Part shown: piece after piece, positions 19,036-28,251 of the stretch | Layout: each line of letters starts with the position of its first letter | How positions within the stretch are numbered: the first letter of the stretch is position 1 | NCBI GenBank assembly: GCA_019310965.1 | Contig: JAFDDG010000030.1 | Location: 2,390-66,389, forward strand | Source of the DNA: Deltaproteobacteria bacterium | GTDB lineage: Bacteria > Myxococcota_A > UBA9160 > SMWR01 | DNA length: 64,000 bases | Reading direction: 5' to 3' | Program-made: the position numbers and the translations under genes | The notes under the pieces: model-generated | The model's database searches: none | Seen by the model: the letters and a program-made list of their open reading frames with translations, nothing else | What the model was told of the DNA's origin: nothing

Positions 19036-19848
19036 TCAGGCGAGGCCCGAGAAGTCGATCTGGCCCGTGGTCATGAAGGCGCTGAAGCCCATGTCCACGT
19101 TCAGGTTCACACCGTTGACGTAACGCGCCGCATCCGCGCCGAGGAAGACCAGCGTGGTGGCGATGTCGGTGGGCGTGGCGATCGTCCCTCCGCACTGCTC
19201 GATGGTCCAGCTCATCGTCTTCTCGGTCATGGTCTCGTTGAACTCCGGGAGCAACGGCGTATCGATCGGCGCCGGGCACACGCTATTCGTGCGCACGCCG
19301 CGGGCAAGCGTCTGCTTGGCGCTCTTCAACGTGTAGACCTGCACGCACTCCTTCGAGAACCCATAGCCGTCGCCGACGAGATCCTTGTGCGAATCGCACC
19401 AGGCGAGCAGCTCCGCGCGATCTTCGATGGCAATCGCCTCCATCACCTCCGCCAGGTGGCCGGGCCACTGGCCGCCGGCGATCGACGCCGTGTTCACGAT
19501 GGCGCCTCCCTGCGGAATCTGCGGCAACAAGGCCTCGGACAGCTGACGCAGACCCAGCCAGTTCACGCTCATCACATCGGCGACCGGACGCGTCGCAGAG
19601 ATGCCGGCGTTGTTGAACAGCACGTCCACCCGGCCGTCGATCTGCTCGGCTGCAGCCGCCACGGCCGCCGCATCGCCCATATTGGTCTCGATGAACGAGC
19701 TGATGGGCCCGTCGGGGCGCTTGATGTCGAGGGCGATGACTTCCGCCGCACCGAGCTGCTGCAATACCTCGAGGCACGCCGCGCCCACGCCCGAGAAGGC
19801 TCCGGTGATGACGACGCGCTTGCCCGAATAGTCGAAGGGGTGGCTCAT
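19036..19848 (-). CDS. Short-chain dehydrogenase/reductase, 3-alpha-hydroxysteroid dehydrogenase / coniferyl-alcohol dehydrogenase-like subgroup
   Basis: ATG 19848 (alternative 19860) in ORF 19036..20139. Strings are KRVVITGAFSGVGAA and NNAG. There is a long insertion between ASIAG and the catalytic YGFSK, as I recall for the HsdA/CalA type. Confidence 0.7.
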   Translation of the reverse strand: MSHPFDYSGKRVVITGAFSGVGAACLEVLQQLGAAEVIALDIKRPDGPISSFIETNMGDAAAVAAAAEQIDGRVDVLFNNAGISATRPVADVMSVNWLGLRQLSEALLPQIPQGGAIVNTASIAGGQWPGHLAEVMEAIAIEDRAELLAWCDSHKDLVGDGYGFSKECVQVYTLKSAKQTLARGVRTNSVCPAPIDTPLLPEFNETMTEKTMSWTIEQCGGTIATPTDIATTLVFLGADAARYVNGVNLNVDMGFSAFMTTGQIDFSGLA

Positions 19849-20065
19849 GGGGGGCTCCATTGGATTCGTCGCGAAAGGCGGACGAGGCCCGAAGGCCGGG
19901 GACGAACGATAGCAGCCTCCGCGCAGCCGGGGCCGCCGCACTCGCCCGACTCCCAACGCCCGGCAGCACTCCAGCAGCTCGCAGCGGCAGGGGCGAAGCC
20001 TTGGGGTAGGCTCAAGGCTCGATGCACGAGCCGAGCGGTGCCCATCGCGGGAAGCGTGGCGACCG

Positions 20066-22075
20066 ATGAGCCGCCTGCCGGAGCAGGCCCCCGAGCCTGC
20101 GCGCCTGCCGCTGTGGAAGCGCGTGCTCTTCGCGATCACTCCGCTGTGCGCGAGCCTGCTGCTGCTGGAGAGCTGCGCCGCGCTGCTCGGTTTCGAGGCG
20201 GACCGATCCGGCGACCCCTTCGTGGGCTTCTCCAGTCGGTCGCGGCTCTACGAGCCCGTGCCGGACGCCGCACCGGAAACACTCCTCGAGACGGTGCCCG
20301 CCCGCCGGGGTTGGGTCCACTACGGGCGTTTCACGCCGAACAAGCCGCACGGGCAGTTCCGCATCTTCACCCTCGGTGGCTCGACGACCTACGGGCGGCC
20401 CTACGATGGCGATGTCGTGTCGTTTCCGGGCTGGCTGCGCGAGCTGCTGCCCGCAGTCGACGCATCGCACCATTGGGAGGTCATCAACGCCGGCGGCATC
20501 AGCTATGCGAGCTACCGCGCCGCGCTGGTCATGGAGGAGCTGGTCGCCTACCAGCCGGACCTCTTCATCGTCTACACGGGTCACAACGAGTTCCTGGAGC
20601 GGCGCACCTACTCGGCACTGCTGTCGGCCCCGCCGCTCGTGCTCGACCTGGCATCGCTGTTGCGCAGCACGCGCAGCTGGGCGCTTCTGGCCTCCTGGCT
20701 CGCGCCGAGCGCCCAACCGTCTCAGCCCCTGAGCCAGGAGCCCGCCGCAATTCTCGACGGAAGCGTCGGCCCCGATGCCTACACGCGCGATGACGAGTGG
20801 GCGGCCGAGGTTGCCGCGCACATGCGCTTCAACCTGCGGCGCATGGTGGATCTCGCCGAGGGGGCGGGCGCGCGCATTCTCTTCGTCACGCCCGCCTCGA
20901 ATCTCGCGGCCTTCTCGCCGTTCAGGAGCGAAGCCAGCGACTCGCTCGACGACAGCACATCCGCACGGGTGGCGGCGCGCAGCCGGGCGGCGGACCGTGC
21001 CGAGGCAGGCGGCGAGCTGGCGGCCGCGCTGCGCGCCCTCGATACGGCCGTCGCGCTCGACCCTCGCAACGCCAGCCTGCACTACCGTCGCGGCAGACTC
21101 CTGCTGGCACTCGGGCGCCACACCGAGGCCGCCGCGGCCCTGACCCGCGCGCGCGACGAAGACGTGTGTCCGCTGCGGGCGCCGAGCGCCATCGTGAGCG
21201 TCGTGCGGGAGGTGGCCGCCGAACGCGAGGTGCCGCTGGTCGATTTCGAAGCGCGCGCGGGCGGCCTCTCGCCCGACGGGGTGGCCGGCGCAGCCCAGTT
21301 CCTCGATCACGTCCACCCGGACGCGGCTACCTACGAACAGCTCGCCGAGTGGATCATCGACGCGTTGGCAGAGATGGGCATCGTCGCCTCCCGCCCGAAC
21401 TGGGGAGAGCCCCGCCACGCAGCTCTGCGTGAGGCGGTGATGGCGCGCATCGACCGCGCGGCCGAGGCCGCTGCACTGCGCAACCTGGCCAAGGTTCTCG
21501 GCTGGGCCGGACTCGTCGACGAGGTCGAGGCCCTGCTGAACCGCGCGCTCGAACGCAATCCCGACGACATCGACGCTTTGATCAGCTTGAGCAATGTCTT
21601 CCTGGGACGCGACGATCCGAACGCCGCGGCCAAGGCACTGGCCCATGCCGCGCAGCTCGAACCCGACAACGCGACGGTCCGAGACTTCCACGCGGATGCG
21701 CTGCTCGCGGCCGGACGCACCGCCGCATCGCTCGTCGAGTACCGAGCGCTTCTGGCATTGAACGAGCGTTCGGCCTGGACTCACAACAACCTGGCGTGGA
21801 TCCTGGCCAACGCGCCCGATGCCGAGCTGCGAGATCCGCAAGCGGCGCTGGCTCACGCCGAGCGTGCGAGCGCACTGCACGGCCAGGCGGATCCCTACCT
21901 GCTCGACACCCTCGCCGCGGCCCAGACGGCTCTGGGGGATCGCGACGCGGCGCTGGCGTCGGTGGATGCCGCCATCGCGCTGGCCCGGAGCCAGGGCGAT
22001 GCGGACCAGACCGCGACCCTCGAGCGCCATCGCAGCCGCTACGCGGCGGGACGAGCCGCGCCGCTCGTCGACTGA
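20066..22075 (+). CDS. SGNH/GDSL-like hydrolase domain fused to C-terminal TPR repeats, N-terminal TM
   Basis: ORF 20066..22075. FRIFTLGGSTTYG is a block I-like motif, followed by INAGGISYAS and DLFIVYTGHNEF. The C-terminal half has TPR-like Ala/Leu repeats, for example NASLHYRRGRLLLALGRHTEA. Confidence 0.55.
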   Translation: MSRLPEQAPEPARLPLWKRVLFAITPLCASLLLLESCAALLGFEADRSGDPFVGFSSRSRLYEPVPDAAPETLLETVPARRGWVHYGRFTPNKPHGQFRIFTLGGSTTYGRPYDGDVVSFPGWLRELLPAVDASHHWEVINAGGISYASYRAALVMEELVAYQPDLFIVYTGHNEFLERRTYSALLSAPPLVLDLASLLRSTRSWALLASWLAPSAQPSQPLSQEPAAILDGSVGPDAYTRDDEWAAEVAAHMRFNLRRMVDLAEGAGARILFVTPASNLAAFSPFRSEASDSLDDSTSARVAARSRAADRAEAGGELAAALRALDTAVALDPRNASLHYRRGRLLLALGRHTEAAAALTRARDEDVCPLRAPSAIVSVVREVAAEREVPLVDFEARAGGLSPDGVAGAAQFLDHVHPDAATYEQLAEWIIDALAEMGIVASRPNWGEPRHAALREAVMARIDRAAEAAALRNLAKVLGWAGLVDEVEALLNRALERNPDDIDALISLSNVFLGRDDPNAAAKALAHAAQLEPDNATVRDFHADALLAAGRTAASLVEYRALLALNERSAWTHNNLAWILANAPDAELRDPQAALAHAERASALHGQADPYLLDTLAAAQTALGDRDAALASVDAAIALARSQGDADQTATLERHRSRYAAGRAAPLVD

Positions 22076-22082
22076 GCGGCGC

Positions 22083-22865
22083 CTATTGCTTCCGCCCGCG
22101 GTCGATCACACCTTCGCGGCGCTTGGCAATCTGCGAGCTGTCGATGCGCTTCGCAGACTCGACGCCGGCCTCGAACTCGAATTGCATCGCATCGTCGAAG
22201 TGCATCGACGCGCCGCGATCGATCAGGCGCTTGTAGTCCCTCACGACCTCCGGCACACAGGAAGCCATGTCGCGCGCCAGCTCGCACGCCGCCTCGACCA
22301 GTTCCTCCGGCGCGACGACGCGGTTGACGAGCCCCCATTCGTAGGCGCGCTCGGCATCCAACGCATTGCCCGAGAGGCTGAGCTCCTTGGCGCGGGCGAT
22401 GCCGATGCGCCGCGGCAACCGCTGGCTCAGGCCCCAGCCGGGCAGCATCCCGACGCGGGCGTGGGTGTCGAGAAACTTCGCCCGCTCCGATGCAAAGATC
22501 AGATCGCAGGCCAGCGCGAGCTCGAAGCCCGCGGTCGCACAGGCGCCGTTCACCGCGGCAATCACCGGGCCCGAGAACTCCGCGATGCCGTCGCGCATCT
22601 CCTGCTGACCGGCGACGCTGAGCTCGAACCCGGACACCCCCGCGCCCCCACTCGACAGCTCCTTCAGGTCCATCCCGGCACAGAAGGCGCGTCCCGCGCC
22701 CGTCAGGACGACGGCGCGCACATCCGCATCGGCCTCGAGCTCGCGAAAGGCCGCGCCGATCGCGAGCCGCAGCTCCGTCGAGAGTGCGTTCATCTGGTCG
22801 GGACGGTTCAGCGTGACAACGGCGATCGGGGCATCTCGCTCGATCGACAAGACGGACTCGGACAT
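22083..22865 (-). CDS. Enoyl-CoA hydratase/isomerase family protein
   Basis: ATG 22865 in ORF 22083..22973. Recognisable strings are IAVVTLNRPDQMNAL and VVLTGAGRAFCAGMDLKE. Confidence 0.85.
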   Translation of the reverse strand: MSESVLSIERDAPIAVVTLNRPDQMNALSTELRLAIGAAFRELEADADVRAVVLTGAGRAFCAGMDLKELSSGGAGVSGFELSVAGQQEMRDGIAEFSGPVIAAVNGACATAGFELALACDLIFASERAKFLDTHARVGMLPGWGLSQRLPRRIGIARAKELSLSGNALDAERAYEWGLVNRVVAPEELVEAACELARDMASCVPEVVRDYKRLIDRGASMHFDDAMQFEFEAGVESAKRIDSSQIAKRREGVIDRGRKQ

Positions 22866-22884
22866 GGGCGACAGTCCTCCGGGT

Positions 22885-23574
22885 TCAGGTGAGCTCGGCG
22901 CGCAGAAATGCCAGCAAGCGATCCCAACCGCGTTCAGCCGCAGCGGCGGCGTAGCGGTCCGGACGGGCAGCATTCATGAATGCATGCCCGACGCCGGGCT
23001 CGACGATGAAGGTGGCCGATTTGTCCGCGGCCTGGAAATCTCGGCGCAGCTCCTTCACGATGTCCGCACCGACGTACTCATCGTTCTCGGCGAAGATGCC
23101 GAGCACCGCCGCCTCGATCCCGGCGATGTCGACCGGCACGCCCAACGGCGCACCGTAGAAATCGACGGCGGCTGCCACCCGCTGGTTGCGAGCGGCGGTG
23201 ACCAGTGACAGGTGTCCCCCCATGCAGAAACCCAGCACTCCGATGCGCCCACCATCGACCGAGTGGTGATTGAGCAGCGCAGCCACCGCGGCGTCGAGAT
23301 CCGGGCCCACCGCATCCGAAGCGAGGGCACGAACCCGCTCGTGCGCTTCCGCTTCCGTCTCGGCGATCGCACCGCGAAACAGATCCGGAGCCAGCGCAAC
23401 ATAGTCTGCGCGAGCCAGCCGGTCGCACACATCTCGGATGTCGTCCACCAGCCCCCAGGCCTCGTGCAGCACCAGCACACCAGGACCCCGCCCGCGGGCG
23501 GGTAGCGCCAGATAGCCCGGCAGCGGCGCGCTGTCGGTGAGAATCTCGAATCCGTTACCGGCGTGTTGGGACAT
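22885..23574 (-). CDS. Dienelactone hydrolase family protein
   Basis: ATG 23574 in ORF 22885..24210. Recognisable strings are GPGVLVLHEAWGL, the nucleophile elbow GVLGFCMGG, and GVGHAF. Confidence 0.8.
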   Translation of the reverse strand: MSQHAGNGFEILTDSAPLPGYLALPARGRGPGVLVLHEAWGLVDDIRDVCDRLARADYVALAPDLFRGAIAETEAEAHERVRALASDAVGPDLDAAVAALLNHHSVDGGRIGVLGFCMGGHLSLVTAARNQRVAAAVDFYGAPLGVPVDIAGIEAAVLGIFAENDEYVGADIVKELRRDFQAADKSATFIVEPGVGHAFMNAARPDRYAAAAAERGWDRLLAFLRAELT

Positions 23575-23635
23575 GGGAGGAGAAGATACCCAAGCTCGGG
23601 CCACGCCACGCCCGCAAGTCGTTACACTGCGCCGC

Positions 23636-24865
23636 ATGGACGCAAATCCCGTGCGGGTCGAGCTCGAGCTCGACGGAGTCCCCAGCGCCGTCCGCAACCT
23701 CGTCGAAACTCTCGAGGCCGCCGGCCATCCGAGCTTCGTGGTGGGAGGCGGAGTGCGGGACCTGCTCTGCGGCCGCCGGCCGGGAGATTTCGACGTGGCC
23801 ACCGCCGCGCCGGCCGAGACGCTGCTCACACTCTTCCCCCGTGCGATTCCCATCGGTCTGAAACACGGCACAGTCATGCTTCCGACCGTGGACGGTCCGG
23901 TGGACGTCACCTCATTTCGCAGCGGATCCCGAGTCGAGGATGACCTCGCACACCGCGACTTCACCATCAACGCCATGGCCTGGCATCCCATCCGCCGGGA
24001 GCTGATCGACCCGCACGACGGCCAGGGGGACCTGACGAAGGGACGGCTGCGCGCGGTCCGGGACGCCGACGCGCGCTTCGCCGAGGATCCGCTGCGCGCG
24101 CTTCGCGGCATCCGGCTGGCGGCCGAGCTCGAGCTCGAAGTGCCGGAGACCCTGCTCGGCGCCATGCGGCGTGCGGCGCCGGCGCTCGTCTCCGTGGCCC
24201 GGGAACGCATCCGCTACGAGCTCAAGAGCGTTCTACTCTCGGCACGCGTCGCCGCCGGGCTGCACCTGTTGCGAGCCGCGGGGCTCGAGACCACTCTGGC
24301 GCCGGGTGTGCGCGACGATGCAGCCGACGTGGTTGCCGCACTGCCCGCAGAGCTCGAGCTGCGGCTGGCCGGCTGGCTGCGCGGCACGCGCTGCACTTCG
24401 ATCCTGCGCAACCTGCGCTTCTCGCGGCGCACGACCCAGGCCGTCGAGCGCCTGCTGCGCTGGCATCCGATCGAGGCCGGCGTCGATCCGTCCCGGGACG
24501 CCCATGTGCGCCGGCATCTCAAGCGCGTGGGGCGGGATCGCGTGGCCGGTCTTCTCGCACTGCGCCGGGCCGAGCTCTCCCACGACGCGGCCGGCACAGC
24601 CGACGATCTCGCTGCGCTGGTGGCCGGCATCGCGCGGGTCGAGGCGGCGGGCCGCGTCGCCCTGCAGCGCCAGGATCTCGCCATCGACGGGCGCCAGGTG
24701 ATGGAGACGTTGGGCCAGGGCCCCGGGCCACACGTCGGCCGCGCCCTGTCGTGGCTGACGGATCACGTGCTCGAAGAACCGTCTCTGAACACACCGCAGT
24801 GCCTGCGGCAGCTCCTCGCGAGCTTCGCCACAGAGCAGAAGAAGTCGGGAGGCCAATCAGCATGA
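23636..24865 (+). CDS. cca: CCA-adding enzyme / poly(A) polymerase family tRNA nucleotidyltransferase
   Basis: ATG 23636 in ORF 23537..24865. Recognisable strings are FVVGGGVRDLLCGRRPGDFDVAT, GLKHGTV and RDFTINAMA. Confidence 0.8.
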   Translation: MDANPVRVELELDGVPSAVRNLVETLEAAGHPSFVVGGGVRDLLCGRRPGDFDVATAAPAETLLTLFPRAIPIGLKHGTVMLPTVDGPVDVTSFRSGSRVEDDLAHRDFTINAMAWHPIRRELIDPHDGQGDLTKGRLRAVRDADARFAEDPLRALRGIRLAAELELEVPETLLGAMRRAAPALVSVARERIRYELKSVLLSARVAAGLHLLRAAGLETTLAPGVRDDAADVVAALPAELELRLAGWLRGTRCTSILRNLRFSRRTTQAVERLLRWHPIEAGVDPSRDAHVRRHLKRVGRDRVAGLLALRRAELSHDAAGTADDLAALVAGIARVEAAGRVALQRQDLAIDGRQVMETLGQGPGPHVGRALSWLTDHVLEEPSLNTPQCLRQLLASFATEQKKSGGQSA

Positions 24866-25599
24866 GTCTGCGCGCGGGGGTCATCGGAGCGGGGGTGATG
24901 GGCAGCGGCATCGCACAGTCGCTGGCGACCGGAGGCATCGATACCGTGTGCACCGACATCTCGCGCGACGCACTGGCCAGCGCACGAGAGCAGGTCCAAA
25001 CTGGCCGCTTCGGCTTCGAGCGCGCAATTCAGCGCGGCAAGTTGTCCCAGGAGGATGCGGAGGCCGCCTTCGCGCGTCTCACATTCACCGACGAGTTCGA
25101 CGCCGCCGCCAACACCGACGTGGTGATCGAGTGCGTACCCGAGCGGCTCGACCTGAAGGTGCGCATCTTTCGCGATCTCGATGCCGCCGCACCGGAGAGC
25201 AGCGTGCTGGCCTCGAACTCGTCCGGGTTTCCGATCGCGGCGTTGAGTGCCGCGACCGAGCGGCCGACGCGCGTGATTGGCTGGCATTGGGCGTCGCCGC
25301 CGGTGATCATGCGCTTCGCCGAGATCGTGGTCACGCAAGAGACCGATCCCGCCGTCGTGAGACGCGTCGAAGAGGCCGCCCGCGCCTGCGGCAAGAACCC
25401 GATCGTCGTCCAGGACGCGCCGATGGCGTGGGGCTATGTCGCCAACCGCGTCTACTTCGCGATGCTCAGGGAAGCCCAGCGCGTCGTGGATGAGGGAGTC
25501 GCCAGCCCCGAGCAGGTGAACGCCTTGATGGTCGATTGCTACAACTGGCCCGTGGGGCCGTTCGCGATGATCAAGGGGGCCGGCTCCGGCTGGCAGTAA
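24862..25599 (+). CDS. 3-hydroxyacyl-CoA dehydrogenase (NAD-binding)
   Basis: ATG 24862 overlaps the cca stop (ATGA). Recognisable strings are GVIGAGVMGSGIAQ, VIECVPERLDLKVRIF and ASNSS. Confidence 0.82.
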   Translation: MSLRAGVIGAGVMGSGIAQSLATGGIDTVCTDISRDALASAREQVQTGRFGFERAIQRGKLSQEDAEAAFARLTFTDEFDAAANTDVVIECVPERLDLKVRIFRDLDAAAPESSVLASNSSGFPIAALSAATERPTRVIGWHWASPPVIMRFAEIVVTQETDPAVVRRVEEAARACGKNPIVVQDAPMAWGYVANRVYFAMLREAQRVVDEGVASPEQVNALMVDCYNWPVGPFAMIKGAGSGWQ

Positions 25600-25706
25600 T
25601 CCGCTCCCACCGCCGGTGCACCCCGAGGGGATTCAACCCTTCCAGCGGCCGGTCGATACGCTTCGTAGCCGCCCGCGAGAGCGACGGTAGGGGGGAGAAG
25701 CGTCAG

Positions 25707-26393
25707 ATGGTTGGTGGCGCACACCGGACTCGCGATCTCATGCTGCTGGCGAGCCTCGCGCTCGCCCTGCCCAGCTGCGCCAGCTACCAGGCTCAGATCG
25801 ACGAGGTCTGCGCCCGCAAGGCGACATCCCGCGCCGACGACTCGGCCGTCTACCGCAGCGCATCGGCAGGCCGGGACGCCCACTTCGAGAGCGAGTTCGC
25901 GCGACTGCGCAAGGACCTCCAGCAGGCCGAGCAACAGCTCGCCGCCATCGAGTCCGGCTTGAGCTCCACACATACCCGGGCCGACGCCGTATCGGCCATC
26001 GCCGATGCGCGCATCGCGGTCGAGCGCGCGAACCGGCGCGCAGCGTGGCGAGCCAACGACACCGCCCAGGCACGCTCGAAGCTCGCCGAAGCCGAGCGCC
26101 AGCTCGAGGCCGGGCTCATCGGCGTCGCCGTCTTCTTCGCATCTCGCGCCGCACGCTTGGCCTCCGACATCGACGCCGAGGCGACCGAGGTGGAGCGCCA
26201 CGCGAACGCGCGCTTCGTCGACGCACCCCGGGTCAACCTGCGGGCGGGACCCTCCACGACGTATCGGGTCATCGACGTGCTCACTGCGGCGACACCGGTC
26301 TTCCCGGAACGGCTCGAGGGTGAGTGGATGCTGGTGCGAGCTGTGAACGGACCGGTGGGCTGGGTCCACACGGCACTCGTGCGCCAACGTTGA
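25707..26393 (+). CDS. Lipoprotein with coiled-coil region and C-terminal bacterial SH3 domain
   Basis: ATG 25707 in ORF 25536..26393. The lipobox is LALALPSC. The C-terminus VNLRAGPSTTYRVIDVL...GEWMLVRAVNGPVGWVHTALV is SH3b-like. Confidence 0.55.
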   Translation: MVGGAHRTRDLMLLASLALALPSCASYQAQIDEVCARKATSRADDSAVYRSASAGRDAHFESEFARLRKDLQQAEQQLAAIESGLSSTHTRADAVSAIADARIAVERANRRAAWRANDTAQARSKLAEAERQLEAGLIGVAVFFASRAARLASDIDAEATEVERHANARFVDAPRVNLRAGPSTTYRVIDVLTAATPVFPERLEGEWMLVRAVNGPVGWVHTALVRQR

Positions 26394-26405
26394 GCGCCGC
26401 CCGCG

Positions 26406-28130
26406 TCACTCCTCTTCCGCCACGATCACGCAGTCCTTGCCGCTGTCCTTGGCGACGTAGAGCGCGCGATCCGCGTCGTTGAAGAAGGCCTTGGCGTCGC
26501 CGCGGAAGCGGGCCACGCCGAACGAGGCCGTGACATGAACTTCGCCCGGCCCCTCGAGCTCGATCTGCTCGAAGCACGCGCTGCCGATCGCCACACGGAT
26601 CTTCTCCGCCAGTACTACGGCGCCCGCGAGATCCGTTTGCGGCGCCAACAAGGCGAACTCCTCCCCACCGTACCGTGCCAGCAGGTCCATATCGCGCACC
26701 GACGCGTTCATGACCGCGCCCACCTTGCGCAGCACGGCATCACCGGCCGCGTGGCCGAAGCGATCGTTCAGCACCTTGAAGTCGTCGATATCGACCAGGA
26801 TCAGGCAGAGCGACTCACCGAAACGCACCGCGCGACTGATCTCACGCGGCAGGTGCTCCTGGAAGTAGCGATGATTGTGAAGCTTCGTCAGCTCGTCGGT
26901 GATCGACAGCTGCAGAAAGACCTCGTTCACGCGCTGCAACTCGCGGTTCTGGAGCAGGAGCTGCGAGTTGGCGTTCTCCACCTCTCGACGACTGCCCTCG
27001 AGCGCGGCCTGGTTCTCGCGCAAGCGCTCCGCCATGGTGTTGAAGGCGCGGAGCATGACTCCGATCTCGCCGTCGGATGCCTTGGCCTCGATCACCACGT
27101 CGATCTCGCCGTCGGCGATGCGCAGCGCCCCTGCCGAGAGCGCCAGAATCGGCCGCACGATCGAGCGCGCCATCTGGAACGCGATCAGGACGAAGACCAG
27201 AACGATCCCCAGGTTGATGAGGAGGAGATTTCGTGAGGTGTCCACGACCGGGGCGAACGCCACGTCGTAGGGCTCTTCCACGACGAGCCGCCAGCCAAAG
27301 CGCGAGAAGGGCAACACGGTGCCGACGACCCGCGCGCCGGTGGCATCCTGGTAATCCGCGACCTCTGCCGCTCCGGTCGACGCGGGGAGATCGTGCGCGT
27401 AGCGCTCCCTGTGCGGCGCGCCGGTCGAGCGATAGATCACCTCACCGGACACGTCGACCACATAGACACCACTGCGCGGCCCCAGACCCTCCGAGCGCAG
27501 CGCTGCATCCACCTCCGACCCTCGCAGCACAGCGTGGAGGCTGGCCAGGGGCTGGCCTGCGGCGTCGTTGACCCGCGCCGAAACGATCTGAACGCGCTGC
27601 CCGCCAATCTGGTAGGGCCGCTCCAGCCGCGCACCCGCAGCGCTCGCCAGTCGCTTGCGGTAGACAGCCGGCAGCGTCAGCTCGGTGCCGGCTTGCATCA
27701 AGCTCGTACCGTCGCGCTCCAACAGGAACAGCGTCTCGTACTGCGGGAACTGCTCGAGCACGTAGCCCAGGTAGCGAGTCAGCTCGTCACGGCTGGAGCC
27801 CGAATCGCGGGCAAGCCCGCGCAGGCTCTCCACCACCGTGGCACTGCGAGCGAAGGTCGCCACGTCGATCTCTCGCTGCGAAAACCAGAGCTCGCACCGC
27901 TCCGCCGTGTTGCGCAGAATCACGGGGAACTTCTGATCGATCTTCGCGCGCAAGAAGGCCTCGGTGGACTGCGTGGAGATCCACGTGACGGCGAGCCCGG
28001 TCACCAGCGCCGCACCGAACACCGACAGCGCGACCCGCGAGGCCAGGCTGTCGAGCGGACGCTTCAGAGCGCCCGCAATCCGCCTCCAGCGGAGGCCTCG
28101 CAGTACAGCTGCAATGTTTCTCACGTTCAT
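26406..28130 (-). CDS. Membrane sensor diguanylate cyclase (periplasmic sensor, HAMP, GGDEF)
   Basis: ATG 28130 in ORF 26406..28292. Two TM helices flank a roughly 270-aa sensor. The HAMP-like segment is RSIVRPILALSAGALRIADGE. The active-site motif GGEEF is present, with no RxxD I-site check done. Confidence 0.85.
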   Translation of the reverse strand: MNVRNIAAVLRGLRWRRIAGALKRPLDSLASRVALSVFGAALVTGLAVTWISTQSTEAFLRAKIDQKFPVILRNTAERCELWFSQREIDVATFARSATVVESLRGLARDSGSSRDELTRYLGYVLEQFPQYETLFLLERDGTSLMQAGTELTLPAVYRKRLASAAGARLERPYQIGGQRVQIVSARVNDAAGQPLASLHAVLRGSEVDAALRSEGLGPRSGVYVVDVSGEVIYRSTGAPHRERYAHDLPASTGAAEVADYQDATGARVVGTVLPFSRFGWRLVVEEPYDVAFAPVVDTSRNLLLINLGIVLVFVLIAFQMARSIVRPILALSAGALRIADGEIDVVIEAKASDGEIGVMLRAFNTMAERLRENQAALEGSRREVENANSQLLLQNRELQRVNEVFLQLSITDELTKLHNHRYFQEHLPREISRAVRFGESLCLILVDIDDFKVLNDRFGHAAGDAVLRKVGAVMNASVRDMDLLARYGGEEFALLAPQTDLAGAVVLAEKIRVAIGSACFEQIELEGPGEVHVTASFGVARFRGDAKAFFNDADRALYVAKDSGKDCVIVAEEE

Positions 28131-28251
28131 GCGACTCGCGGCTCGTAGCTCGGTTCGCCACGAGCATCGGCCTCTCCCGCATCCGGCTTGATGCGGAATT
28201 ATCTCGCCGGATCGCGGAGTTGGGGCCGATGCCGGGCTCGGAGCCGCGGCG

